Part shown: positions 49,689 through 60,389 of the stretch, piece by piece | How positions within the stretch are numbered: position 1 is the stretch's first letter | Layout of the letters: each line of letters begins with the position of its first letter | Origin: an uncultured Clostridia bacterium | Lineage (GTDB): Bacteria; Bacillota; Clostridia; UBA1381 | Assembly (NCBI GenBank): GCA_934489015.1 | Contig: CAKSSN010000002.1 | Coordinates: 138,935 to 202,934, forward strand | DNA: 64,000 nt | Direction of reading: 5' to 3' | Notes under the pieces: model-generated | What the model was told of the DNA's origin: nothing | Seen by the model: the letters and a program-made list of their open reading frames with translations, nothing else | The model's database searches: none | Made by a program: the position numbers and the translations under genes

Positions 49689-49694
49689 ATACAT

Positions 49695-49723
49695 ATTATA
49701 ACATATAATCATTAATTTTTCAA
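49695..49723 (-). promoter_or_regulatory. Near-consensus promoter P2 (orphan)
   Basis: Minus strand reads TTGAAA-17 nt-TATAAT. Confidence 0.45.
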
Positions 49724-49825
49724 TCATTTTTTTTGCAAAATTTTTAAAAGATTATATTATATTTCTATCCGAAATCAATATTATCATAAATTCAAATATA
49801 ATTATTTTTAATACTGTCATTTTTT

Positions 49826-49923
49826 AAACTTAGGCAAAGAATAAAGGAGCTGTAACAGCTCCTTTATTCTTTGCACGCCTTTCGAATAGAACACAAAAGA
49901 TATATAATATTTATACATCTCTG
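49826..49923 (-). ncRNA. Candidate short RNA (~100 nt) from promoter P3, ending at or after the 19-bp hairpin
   Basis: P3 is followed about 50 nt later by a perfect 19-bp stem. The tail CTAAGTTT is a poor U-tract, so termination is uncertain. Confidence 0.3.
49834..49874. repeat. Perfect 19-bp inverted repeat with a 3-nt loop
   Basis: GCAAAGAATAAAGGAGCTG-TAA-CAGCTCCTTTATTCTTTGC. The apical part (GGAGC...GCTCC) resembles the 49629..49652 hairpin. Confidence 0.85.
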
Positions 49924-49929
49924 TAAAAT

Positions 49930-49958
49930 ATTATAACATAAAAACATTTATTTGTCAA
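49930..49958 (-). promoter_or_regulatory. Consensus promoter P3 (orphan)
   Basis: Minus strand reads TTGACA-17 nt-TATAAT. Confidence 0.5.
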
Positions 49959-50073
49959 GAGTTTTTGAACAAATTGCAAAAATCAATAAAAATTAATCTG
50001 CTGCACATTTGACCGACAGAAAATAATTCGTATTTCAATAAGCACTCGCCTTAAACCGCTTATTTTCATCTTT

Positions 50074-50772
50074 TCAAAAAAACAATACAGACCCTGTGTC
50101 CCTTAGTTTTCCGCCGCAAAGGCTGACAATATCAACCTTTTTATTATCAAGAAATTTCTTAATAATTTCAAAATCCGTATGCTTGTCTATCTCCCCAACA
50201 GTAAAAACAGTGCCCCCGAAAAAGCCGGTCGCACCGCCGAAAAAGCCGTAATTCATGCCGGGAAGCTCAACGCTGCCGCTTGAAATTTTAAGCGCTTTGA
50301 TATTGTTTTTTAAAAGTGCATTATAAATTCCGTCATCTTCTGTAATAACAAAATCTCCGGCGGCGCACGACGCGCAGCAGGAATACCCCTGCTTAACATT
50401 TACAAATCTTTTAAATCGTTTTTGAGCAGCTCTCAAAACCGCTTTATCCGTATATTTAAAATTGTGCATTGCAAAGCTCTCCGCGCAGCAGGCATTATAC
50501 AAAACATCGCCCGGATAGCTTTCACCTGGATTTTTCTCGCCGCAGACAATATTTACTCCCGAAAGATGATTTTTATAATATTCATAACAGTTCGGCGCGC
50601 AAACGGCGGTTTTATCGTCAATTCTGCAAAGCTGTATATCAGCGTGGCCGCATATGCTTTCATACGTGTTCTGATGCACAGTCGGTATTATTTCGCAGGC
50701 ATATTTTAAAAGCTCATTTTTAACGCGCTCCGCCGCACGATAATCTATAACTGCATACCTTGCTTTTTTCAA
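50074..50772 (-). CDS. Hypothetical protein; Cys-rich, possibly a pentein/GME-fold-like protein
   Basis: 232 aa with no TM helix. Motifs GHADIQL, YPGDVLYNA, GFFGGATGFFGG. The family assignment is from memory and weak. Confidence 0.4.
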   Translation of the reverse strand: MKKARYAVIDYRAAERVKNELLKYACEIIPTVHQNTYESICGHADIQLCRIDDKTAVCAPNCYEYYKNHLSGVNIVCGEKNPGESYPGDVLYNACCAESFAMHNFKYTDKAVLRAAQKRFKRFVNVKQGYSCCASCAAGDFVITEDDGIYNALLKNNIKALKISSGSVELPGMNYGFFGGATGFFGGTVFTVGEIDKHTDFEIIKKFLDNKKVDIVSLCGGKLRDTGSVLFF

Positions 50773-50798
50773 AACACAGACTCCTTACGTAATTAAAT

Positions 50799-51950
50799 TC
50801 AATTATTTTTAAGATATTCTACGGCAACATTCACAAAAAATCTACACCCTATTATAAGTGCCTTTTCGTCTACCTTGAATTTTGAGCTGTGAAGCGGGTA
50901 TTTTTCTCCCTTTCCTGCCGTACCGAACCGAATATAAGACGACGGAACAAGACGCGCGAAATACGAAAAATCATCGCCGATCATAAGCCCGTCCTTTAAT
51001 TCCTTAATCTCGGTTATTCCCTCCGTTTTAACCGCCGCATTTATAGCCGTTTTATTCATTTCAGCGTCATTTACACACGGCGGAAACAGCGCATTATATG
51101 TAAATTCCGCCTCTGCTCCGTATTCCTTTGCAGTTTTTTCGGCATAATATTCAAGATATTTTCTCAGCTTTTCACGCGTTACCTCATCAAACGACCGCGC
51201 CGTTCCGGTAATCTCGGCAGTGTCAGGAATAATATTGTTAAGCGTTCCCGAATTTACCGTGCAAACCGTTGTAACGCACGGCGTATCGGGAAAATACGTT
51301 TCCTTTATTTTATTGTAGCGCGAAATTATCTTAGCGGCAACGGTTATCGGGTTTATGCACTTCTCCGGATTTGCCCCGTGTCCGCCTCTGCCATTTATGA
51401 CTACCCTGTAGTCATCCGGTGACGCCGTAATTCCTCCATCACGATACGAGATTGTGCCTACGCTCTCAAGCGGGTCTGCATGAATGGCAAAAGCCGCGTC
51501 CGCTTCGCCCATAGCGCCCTCTTTTATCATCGGCTCTGCTCCGCCGTCACCCTCTTCGGCAGGCTGAAACAAAACACGTACCTTGCCCTTTAGCCTGTCG
51601 CGGTTATCAAAAAGAGCCTTTGCTGCATAAAGAAGACACGTTGTGTGAAAATCATGTCCGCACGCGTGCATAACGCCATCGTTTTTTGACGCGTACTCAA
51701 CTCCGCTTTCCTCTTTTATCGGCAGCGCGTCAATATCGGCGCGCAGCAAAATCATCTTTCCCTCGCCCTTTCCGCCGATAATGTCCGCATAAACTCCCGT
51801 TTTTGTACACTCTATCGGATTCATGCCGAATTCAAGCAATTTTTCCTTAATATAAGCTGATGTTTTAACCTCGTTCCACTCCGTTTCGGGTATGGAATGA
51901 AGATAGCGAAAGGTTTTTGAAAGGTCTGAATTTGTAAACTGAAATATCAT
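50799..51950 (-). CDS. M20D-family amidohydrolase (N-acyl-amino-acid deacylase-like)
   Basis: LHSIPE, MHACGHDFH, PAEEG and the dimerisation-domain pattern, 383 aa. Substrate unknown. Confidence 0.75.
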   Translation of the reverse strand: MIFQFTNSDLSKTFRYLHSIPETEWNEVKTSAYIKEKLLEFGMNPIECTKTGVYADIIGGKGEGKMILLRADIDALPIKEESGVEYASKNDGVMHACGHDFHTTCLLYAAKALFDNRDRLKGKVRVLFQPAEEGDGGAEPMIKEGAMGEADAAFAIHADPLESVGTISYRDGGITASPDDYRVVINGRGGHGANPEKCINPITVAAKIISRYNKIKETYFPDTPCVTTVCTVNSGTLNNIIPDTAEITGTARSFDEVTREKLRKYLEYYAEKTAKEYGAEAEFTYNALFPPCVNDAEMNKTAINAAVKTEGITEIKELKDGLMIGDDFSYFARLVPSSYIRFGTAGKGEKYPLHSSKFKVDEKALIIGCRFFVNVAVEYLKNN

Positions 51951-51973
51951 TTATCTTCTTCTCTCTATATTTT

Positions 51974-53977
<2,004 letters not shown>

Positions 53978-53980
53978 TTA

Positions 53981-54619
53981 TTAATTGTCCGCTTTCTCCG
54001 TTATAATGCCGCCGCTGCCGTAATATTTCGGCACATCACCCACAATTACAGTATCTGCGGCAAGAATGGAATTATGTATAGTTTCCGTTTTTCTGACAAA
54101 CGACGACGTTATATTAATCGTTATAAACGCTTCAATATAAATTGTGTGTCTTGTCTGATTTATTCCGGCTGATGTGAAGCTGTCGCGAAATTCAAGGCTT
54201 ACAAGCGACGCCGGCTTTATTTTAAAGCAAACGCGCGGCCCGGCTCCCGAAAGCACGGGATTTTTCTGAAAAGAAAACACCGGGACCCAAACACGCTCTG
54301 CATTTGACTCTTCTATGCTTTTCTGAATTTTTTTCGCAAGCTCCGCTTTTATGCGGCTTATTTTAATTCCGTCCGCACTCATTGAATTTACGCGTCCGCT
54401 CTCGTCCGAAAGAAGCGTTATAAAGTCCGAATATTTAATATCCGCCTCTTCAAGAGCGGCGCAGACAGCATCGTTTGCCGCTGCCTGAGAATGAGCCTCA
54501 ACCTCCGCAAAAAACGGATTTTCAATTCTGACAAGGAAAAATCCGAAAATAATTCCCAGACAAACCGCCGCCGAAAAAATATAAATTGCAAATCTTCTGC
54601 GCCTTTTACAAATACGCAT
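53981..54619 (-). CDS. yunB: Sporulation protein YunB
   Basis: N-terminal TM helix. Contains SAGINQTRHTIYIEAFITINI and IVGDVPKYYG. Start ATG 54619 behind AAGGGGTG. Confidence 0.75.
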   Translation of the reverse strand: MRICKRRRRFAIYIFSAAVCLGIIFGFFLVRIENPFFAEVEAHSQAAANDAVCAALEEADIKYSDFITLLSDESGRVNSMSADGIKISRIKAELAKKIQKSIEESNAERVWVPVFSFQKNPVLSGAGPRVCFKIKPASLVSLEFRDSFTSAGINQTRHTIYIEAFITINITSSFVRKTETIHNSILAADTVIVGDVPKYYGSGGIITEKADN

Positions 54620-54764
54620 ACCGCCACACCCCTTTTGCAAAATAAAACCGTCTTTAATAACAAAGGTAACCGCAATTAATTCTTGCAATTACCCCGTTAT
54701 TAACCGCTTGTAAAACACAAGCCGCTTATAAAATATTTTATGCAAAAGAGAAAGCTATGGTGAC

Positions 54765-56528
54765 TTACTGAATTTTCTTTTCTCTTATTTCCTCTGTAAG
54801 CTTTTCTATAAGCTCATCTATTGTCATTGTGCCTATATCGCCGTCTTTTCTTGATCTTACGGCAACAACTCCGTTTTCAATATCCTTGTCGCCCGCAAGA
54901 ATCATATAAGGCACTTTTTCAAGCTGCGCTTCTCTTATCTTGTAGCCGATTTTTTCCGAACGGTCATCAACCTCAAGTCTTATAATGCCTGCATCCTCAA
55001 GCTTTTTCTTGATTTCGTTAATATAAGGCAAATGACGGTCTGCAATCGGCAAGAGCTTAACCTGAACAGGCGCAAGCCAAAGCGGAAATGCGCCGGCATA
55101 TTTTTCAATCAAAAGCGCAAGCGTTCTTTCATAGCAGCCGATTGACGTTCTGTGTATGATATACGGATTTTTCTTCTTTCCGTCCTTGTCAACATACTCC
55201 ATTCCGAATTTCTCTGCAAGCATCTGGTCTATCTGAATTGTTATCAGCGTGTCCTCCTTGCCGTGAACATTCTTTATCTGAATATCGAGCTTCGGGCCGT
55301 AAAATGCCGCTTCACCGATACCGATTTTATACGGAATTTCAAGATGGTTAAGTATTCTCTCCATCATTGACTGAGCCTCGTCCCACTGCTCTTCGGTTCC
55401 TATATACTTGTCGCGGTCGTTAGGATCCCACTGCGAAAATCTGTATGATACATCCTCATAAAGACCGAGAGTTTTAAGCATATAAATTGCAAGCTCAAGG
55501 CAGCCCTTAAACTCGTCCTCAATCTGCTCCGGAGTACACATAAGGTGACCCTCCGAAATAGTAAACTGTCTTACTCTTATAAGTCCGTGCATTTCGCCCG
55601 ACGCTTCATTTCTGAAAAGTGTAGACGTTTCGTTAAGACGCATAGGCAAATCTCTGTACGAACGGCCTCTGTTTAAAAATGCCTGATACTGAAACGGGCA
55701 GGTCATCGGTCTGAGTGCAAAAACCTCATCGTCCTTTTCCTCATCGCCCATTATAAACATTCCGTCCTGGTAATGATCCCAATGTCCCGAAAGCTTGTAA
55801 AGATCGCTCTTTGCCATAAGCGGAGTTTTTGTAAGCTGCCAGCCGCGCTTTTGCTCCTCATCCTCAACAAACCTTTGCAGAAGCTGGATAATTCTCGCAC
55901 CCTTAGGAAGCATAATCGGAAGTCCCTGACCTATTATGTCACACGTTGTGAAAAGCTCAAGCTCGCGGCCAAGCTTGTTATGATCTCTCTTTTTAGCATC
56001 TTCGAGCTGCGCAAGATACTCTTCAAGATCAGCCTTGTTAAAAAATGCTGTTCCGTAAATTCTCTGAAGCATTTTGTTTTTCTCATCACCGCGCCAATAA
56101 GCGCCCGTTGCCGACAAAAGCTTGTAAGCCTTTATTTTGCTTGTATAATTCACATGAGGACCTGCGCAAAGGTCTGTAAATTCTCCCTGCTTATAAAAAG
56201 ATATAACAGCATCCTCCGGCAAATCGCGGATAAGCTCGCATTTATACGGCTCGTCCTTCATAAGCTCAAGAGCCTCTTTTCTCGGAAGCTCAAAGCGTTC
56301 GATTTTAAGATTTTCCTTTGCAATTTTCTTCATTTCCTTTTCAATTGCTTCAAGGTCATCCGGAGTAAATGTGTGTTCTGTGTCAAAATCGTAATAAAAT
56401 CCGCTGTCAATAGCCGGACCTATTGCAAGCTTTACATCGGGGTAAAGCCTTTTTACAGCCTGCGCAAGCACGTGTGAAGCACTGTGACGCAGCGTTTGCA
56501 GTTCGTTCATTTCGTTAATTTCGCTCAT
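54765..56528 (-). CDS. thrS: Threonine-tRNA ligase, short form lacking the N-terminal TGS domain
   Basis: Begins MSEINEMNELQTLRHSASHVLAQAV (editing-domain HxxxH). Class II catalytic core and anticodon-binding domain follow. Start ATG 56528 behind GAAAGGG. The track start at 56687 lies inside the T-box terminator. Confidence 0.9.
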   Translation of the reverse strand: MSEINEMNELQTLRHSASHVLAQAVKRLYPDVKLAIGPAIDSGFYYDFDTEHTFTPDDLEAIEKEMKKIAKENLKIERFELPRKEALELMKDEPYKCELIRDLPEDAVISFYKQGEFTDLCAGPHVNYTSKIKAYKLLSATGAYWRGDEKNKMLQRIYGTAFFNKADLEEYLAQLEDAKKRDHNKLGRELELFTTCDIIGQGLPIMLPKGARIIQLLQRFVEDEEQKRGWQLTKTPLMAKSDLYKLSGHWDHYQDGMFIMGDEEKDDEVFALRPMTCPFQYQAFLNRGRSYRDLPMRLNETSTLFRNEASGEMHGLIRVRQFTISEGHLMCTPEQIEDEFKGCLELAIYMLKTLGLYEDVSYRFSQWDPNDRDKYIGTEEQWDEAQSMMERILNHLEIPYKIGIGEAAFYGPKLDIQIKNVHGKEDTLITIQIDQMLAEKFGMEYVDKDGKKKNPYIIHRTSIGCYERTLALLIEKYAGAFPLWLAPVQVKLLPIADRHLPYINEIKKKLEDAGIIRLEVDDRSEKIGYKIREAQLEKVPYMILAGDKDIENGVVAVRSRKDGDIGTMTIDELIEKLTEEIREKKIQ

Positions 56529-56915
56529 TTTCAAAACCCTTTCTTTTTTTTGCGGTTCAGACCTGGCGTAAAAGCTGCCTTGTCCAAATCGAAATTTACA
56601 ATTGCAAGATGTATTTTGCAATCGCCTGTATAAGTGTCTGCCTGCATTTTCCGAAAATACAAAAAGCACCTCCCGAGAAATCTGCAAAGCAAAATATCTC
56701 AGGGGTGCAAATAATCACACGGTTCCACCCTGATTACGAAATAAATCGTCACTCAATTAAACCTTTTAACGCAGGTTGCGCGGCGGGGCTTAATATAATT
56801 TTCAGCCTGCGGCTCCAAAGTGGTATTCATCGGAAAACTCAGCAAACGGCTCTCAGCCACGACCGCTTTTCTCTCCTGCTATCATATAACCGACTACTGT
56901 CTTTTTCACAGCCTT
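56529..56915 (-). promoter_or_regulatory. T-box leader (Thr specifier ACC) controlling thrS
   Basis: Minus strand carries an AGGAGAGAAAAG/GCTGAGAG stem I region and a specifier context GAATACCAC (ACC at 56824..56822). The T-box sequence AATCAGGGTGGAACCGTG lies at 56718..56738. The terminator is GCACCCCTGAGA...TCTCGGGAGGTGC followed by TTTTT (56661..56708). Confidence 0.85.
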
Positions 56916-56921
56916 TATTAT

Positions 56922-56950
56922 AATATATCAAATTATTTTGTGTTTGTCAA
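56922..56950 (-). promoter_or_regulatory. Promoter for the thrS T-box leader
   Basis: Minus strand reads TTGACA-17 nt-TATATT. Confidence 0.5.
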
Positions 56951-57007
56951 GTGTTTTCAAAAAATTTTTGATAATTTTTTTAAATGCGTCATTTATAGGC
57001 CGCAGAA

Positions 57008-58936
57008 TTATTCATAAATATAATATTTCGGAAAAACCGTAAGCCGTATATTTGTACAGCCGTAAGGCACAAGCGTTACTTCCCTCTCTTCGCCGAGATT
57101 ATTTTTAATAAATTCCGCAGACGGAATTTCCGGCATAAGCAAATTATCCTCATCCACCACGCTCGCTCCGCACTCAACCTGCTTTGCATTTATTCCCTCA
57201 GCCGCACTTTTCTTCGCCTGAGGTGCCTTAACCAAATCCCAGCCGTGAAGCTCTCTTGCCTTTATTTTAATTTCAAACGGAATATAGCTCCACATTGGTT
57301 CATCGGAAATTTCATTAAATAATATTTCAGGCTCTTCCCATCCAGATGCAGCATAGCTCCACTGCGATGCGGGATATATATTGTATGCCGGGAAATCCTT
57401 TGTCTGTCTTTTTTCGGCTCTGTCAATTTCGCATTTTTCGTCAATTTTAAGCGAAAGCAGAAAAGGACCGTATGTAAAATATACTCCGCCGTCAACTGAC
57501 ATATGGGATTTAAACACGGAAGTAAAGCTTATTTTAATGCGGCAGCTTTTTTCAGCCGTTATCTGCGCATAGCCGTTTACCTCTTCAAAGTCGGCTTTTT
57601 TGCCGTCAATAAAAATCTCGGTATTCTCAGACCATTCCGGTATTCTTAATTTTAAAGCCTTTTTTTCGCCTGATTTAAGACATATGTTAAGCTCCGTTTC
57701 GGGTTTGTACGGATAATTTCCGCTCTGAATAATTTTTATTTCCTCGTCCTCAAATTTACTGTCACCGTAAAGACTGAGCACTACGGCGTTTTCTGTTTTC
57801 TGATACATTCTGAGAATATAATTCGGAATAACTCTGCCGATATTTCCTACGCAGCATTCGGGATAATGATGAGGAGCAAACGCCATTCGCGGGGTGTCCG
57901 TCCACGCTTTTATATGAGTTGAATTTCTTGCACATACTACCTGATTTACACTCGACAAATACTCAATAGCCTTAAAATTCTTTGCCGACGCTCCGAAAAA
58001 CGCGTTAAATACGGCTCTTTCTATTTTATCCGCATATTCGCCCTTACCCGTCGCTTCGAGCAGATAGCCTATGCTCCATGTAAAATCCGCAATATCGCAT
58101 GATTCATGCGCCCTGAACGTTTCTTTTCCGCAAAGCGCCTCACTTGAGCTGTGAACGCCGTCGGGCAGCATATGAAATTCATCAACCCTTTTATAAGCTT
58201 GCTCGGCGGCATACAAATATTCCTTTTTACCTGTGTATATATACATAATAGCCGGAATTTTTGCAATTTCATTAAATGTAACGCCGTGATCATGTATATA
58301 TGTATTACCCGTAAGCTTTTCAAGCGTTTCGCTGCTTTCAGGTCTGTTGTTATAATTTTCAAAAGCCGTCTGCGCTTTTTGCTTAAGTCTTTCATCGCCG
58401 AAATACTCGTAAAGCCTGAGCATTGATTCAATATTTACAACATCGCGGCTATCCGAATAGTCGTTAGCGTCGCCGAGATAATGGCGGCGCATTTTTTCAA
58501 GATAAAATTCATCTCCGCTCCTGCTCCAAAGTGCATAAAGCGCGCGGAACAATACAGCGTGCGGCCAGCGGTTTCGGCTTTCGTCAGCCTTGAGTTCTTC
58601 AGGACCTATAAACGAGTCCTCATTTTCAAGACATTCTCTTATTTCATCGCCCATTATGCTCTCATAGCTTTCAAGATTGTCAAGAAGCGCCGACATTCTG
58701 ACAACGGAATCTATTCTGTATGCGGTCTGCTCATACGGCCACCATGCCGCATAGCCTCCGTCGGCAAGGCTTTTGTATCTCCAGCAGCCGGTATTGTACG
58801 GATAGCCTATTTCATGAAGCTTTCCGGGTATTCCGCTGCGCTCATATTCAAGCGTTTTGTAAAGCCAGCCCATAGGCTCAATATTTTTAAGTCTTACTTC
58901 GTTTAGCTTTGAGTATTTTTTTATTTTCATGACCAT
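57008..58936 (-). CDS. GH127/GH146-like (DUF1680, beta-L-arabinofuranosidase superfamily) glycoside hydrolase
   Basis: 642 aa. HESCDIADF and HHYPECCVGNIGR resemble the E-x-C and C-C Zn/catalytic motifs of B. longum HypBA1 (GETCAS, CACCPANIARL). Confidence 0.55.
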   Translation of the reverse strand: MVMKIKKYSKLNEVRLKNIEPMGWLYKTLEYERSGIPGKLHEIGYPYNTGCWRYKSLADGGYAAWWPYEQTAYRIDSVVRMSALLDNLESYESIMGDEIRECLENEDSFIGPEELKADESRNRWPHAVLFRALYALWSRSGDEFYLEKMRRHYLGDANDYSDSRDVVNIESMLRLYEYFGDERLKQKAQTAFENYNNRPESSETLEKLTGNTYIHDHGVTFNEIAKIPAIMYIYTGKKEYLYAAEQAYKRVDEFHMLPDGVHSSSEALCGKETFRAHESCDIADFTWSIGYLLEATGKGEYADKIERAVFNAFFGASAKNFKAIEYLSSVNQVVCARNSTHIKAWTDTPRMAFAPHHYPECCVGNIGRVIPNYILRMYQKTENAVVLSLYGDSKFEDEEIKIIQSGNYPYKPETELNICLKSGEKKALKLRIPEWSENTEIFIDGKKADFEEVNGYAQITAEKSCRIKISFTSVFKSHMSVDGGVYFTYGPFLLSLKIDEKCEIDRAEKRQTKDFPAYNIYPASQWSYAASGWEEPEILFNEISDEPMWSYIPFEIKIKARELHGWDLVKAPQAKKSAAEGINAKQVECGASVVDEDNLLMPEIPSAEFIKNNLGEEREVTLVPYGCTNIRLTVFPKYYIYE

Positions 58937-59067
58937 TCCTTTCCGCGCTCAAAGGCGCAAAATTAAATTTTAAAAATTGTTCGGCGTGCCGCCTCAAAGT
59001 GAGCGTTCGATGAAGCAGTAAACCTTTGATTAGCCCAATTTTAAGCTTTTTTCACACCTGCCTCCGT

Positions 59068-60348
59068 TTAAATAACGCCATCATCTATACACCTTTCAAT
59101 AAGCTCCGCAAACAGAGAATTGGGCCATGTAAACCATTCTCTTGTAAATTCTTTCGGGTTATCTGCATTAAAGCCCTCATGCAAATATCCCGTGTCCGCG
59201 TCGGTGGAAACAATCATTTTAAGAATTTTTCTTTTTTCATCATCGTTATCCGCCGTCAGAGCCTGCATCACAAGAGCCATGTGCCACACATAGTTTTCGG
59301 GCGTATGCCTTGAGCCTATTCCTCTTGCACATTTCCCCTCAAAATAAAACGGATTGTCGCGGCTGAGCAAAAATCTCCTTGTGTTTTGATACACCTCGTC
59401 GTTTATATCGGTATAGCCGATATACGGCGCGGACAAAAGGCTCGGAATATTTGCGTCATCAATCATTGAATAATTTTTCATGCCGTCCGTTTCACACACA
59501 TAAATTCTGCCGTACTTCTCATGCTCCGCAATTCCGTATTTTTTTATTCCGCTGTCAATTTCCGTTTTCAGCCTGTCGCATCTGTCGGCAAGAAGCTTAT
59601 TTTTGCAGACATCTGTCAGCATTTCGCTCATATAGCCGAGAATTACAACAGCAAACATCTGCGAAGCAATAAGATAACCGTATTCGCAGCCGTCATCACT
59701 CGGTCTGAAGCCCGACCATGTCATTCCGGTATACCCTACCGGGCTCCCCATTCCGTTATTGTAAATTGTATCCCACGGCGCGTTAGGATCGGGTCTTGTA
59801 AATCTGTAAGGCGACTTTTCCATGTGATGCTGCTCCGTCTCAAACACATCCAAAATTATTTTTGCAACTGCTTCAAGCTCATCGGCAACCAATTTTTTGT
59901 TACCTGAGCTTTTCATATAAAGATATAAAATTCTTATCGGATAGCACAGCGAATCAACCTCATATTTTCTCTCATGGATCCATGGGCTGTTTTTCGGAAT
60001 ATCATTCGGATGTCCCTCGCTGCTGCCGGGATATTCGTTAAATGCATTTGCATACGGATCCATTTTTATATACATAAACTGCCGCTTTATAACGCCCTCA
60101 ATTATTTCCGAAACCTCCTTATCCTTTGCAAGCGGTATGTAATGCGTTATCTGAGCGGAAGAATCTCTCAGCCACATTGCCGGAATATCGCCCGTGAGAA
60201 CAAAATACGTGCCGTCATCACATTTTTTAAGCGCAGTGCTTATCGTATGCTCATAGCAGTTTTTATACATTTTCTGCATTTTCGGATACGCCGCAAGACG
60301 CTTTGAATATTCTTCCGTATGATTTTTAATCGCCTCAGGTATATTCAT
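59068..60348 (-). CDS. GH125 family exo-alpha-1,6-mannosidase-like protein (DUF1237)
   Basis: Hallmark TGDIPAMWLRDSSAQ and length of about 426 aa. Confidence 0.8.
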   Translation of the reverse strand: MNIPEAIKNHTEEYSKRLAAYPKMQKMYKNCYEHTISTALKKCDDGTYFVLTGDIPAMWLRDSSAQITHYIPLAKDKEVSEIIEGVIKRQFMYIKMDPYANAFNEYPGSSEGHPNDIPKNSPWIHERKYEVDSLCYPIRILYLYMKSSGNKKLVADELEAVAKIILDVFETEQHHMEKSPYRFTRPDPNAPWDTIYNNGMGSPVGYTGMTWSGFRPSDDGCEYGYLIASQMFAVVILGYMSEMLTDVCKNKLLADRCDRLKTEIDSGIKKYGIAEHEKYGRIYVCETDGMKNYSMIDDANIPSLLSAPYIGYTDINDEVYQNTRRFLLSRDNPFYFEGKCARGIGSRHTPENYVWHMALVMQALTADNDDEKRKILKMIVSTDADTGYLHEGFNADNPKEFTREWFTWPNSLFAELIERCIDDGVI

Positions 60349-60389
60349 AATTTTAAATTCCTTTCCGTTTTGTAATGAGATAATTTTGT

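Noticed and set aside
55773-56477. 234-aa plus-strand ORF inside thrS. The same applies to 60528..61259 inside the large GH gene, 41529..42395 inside the oxidoreductase gene and 48659..49129 inside queA.
   Set aside because: All are antisense to genes with strong family motifs and are typical long shadow ORFs.
56529-56687. N-terminal extension of thrS in the ORF track. Analogous extensions exist for rnc, nifS, frr, rpsB, the response regulator, the HD protein, the DUF2344 protein, yunB and ruvA.
   Set aside because: The extensions lack SD sequences, overlap leaders, terminators or upstream genes, and are not homologous to the expected N-termini. Internal ATGs with good SDs give canonical N-termini.
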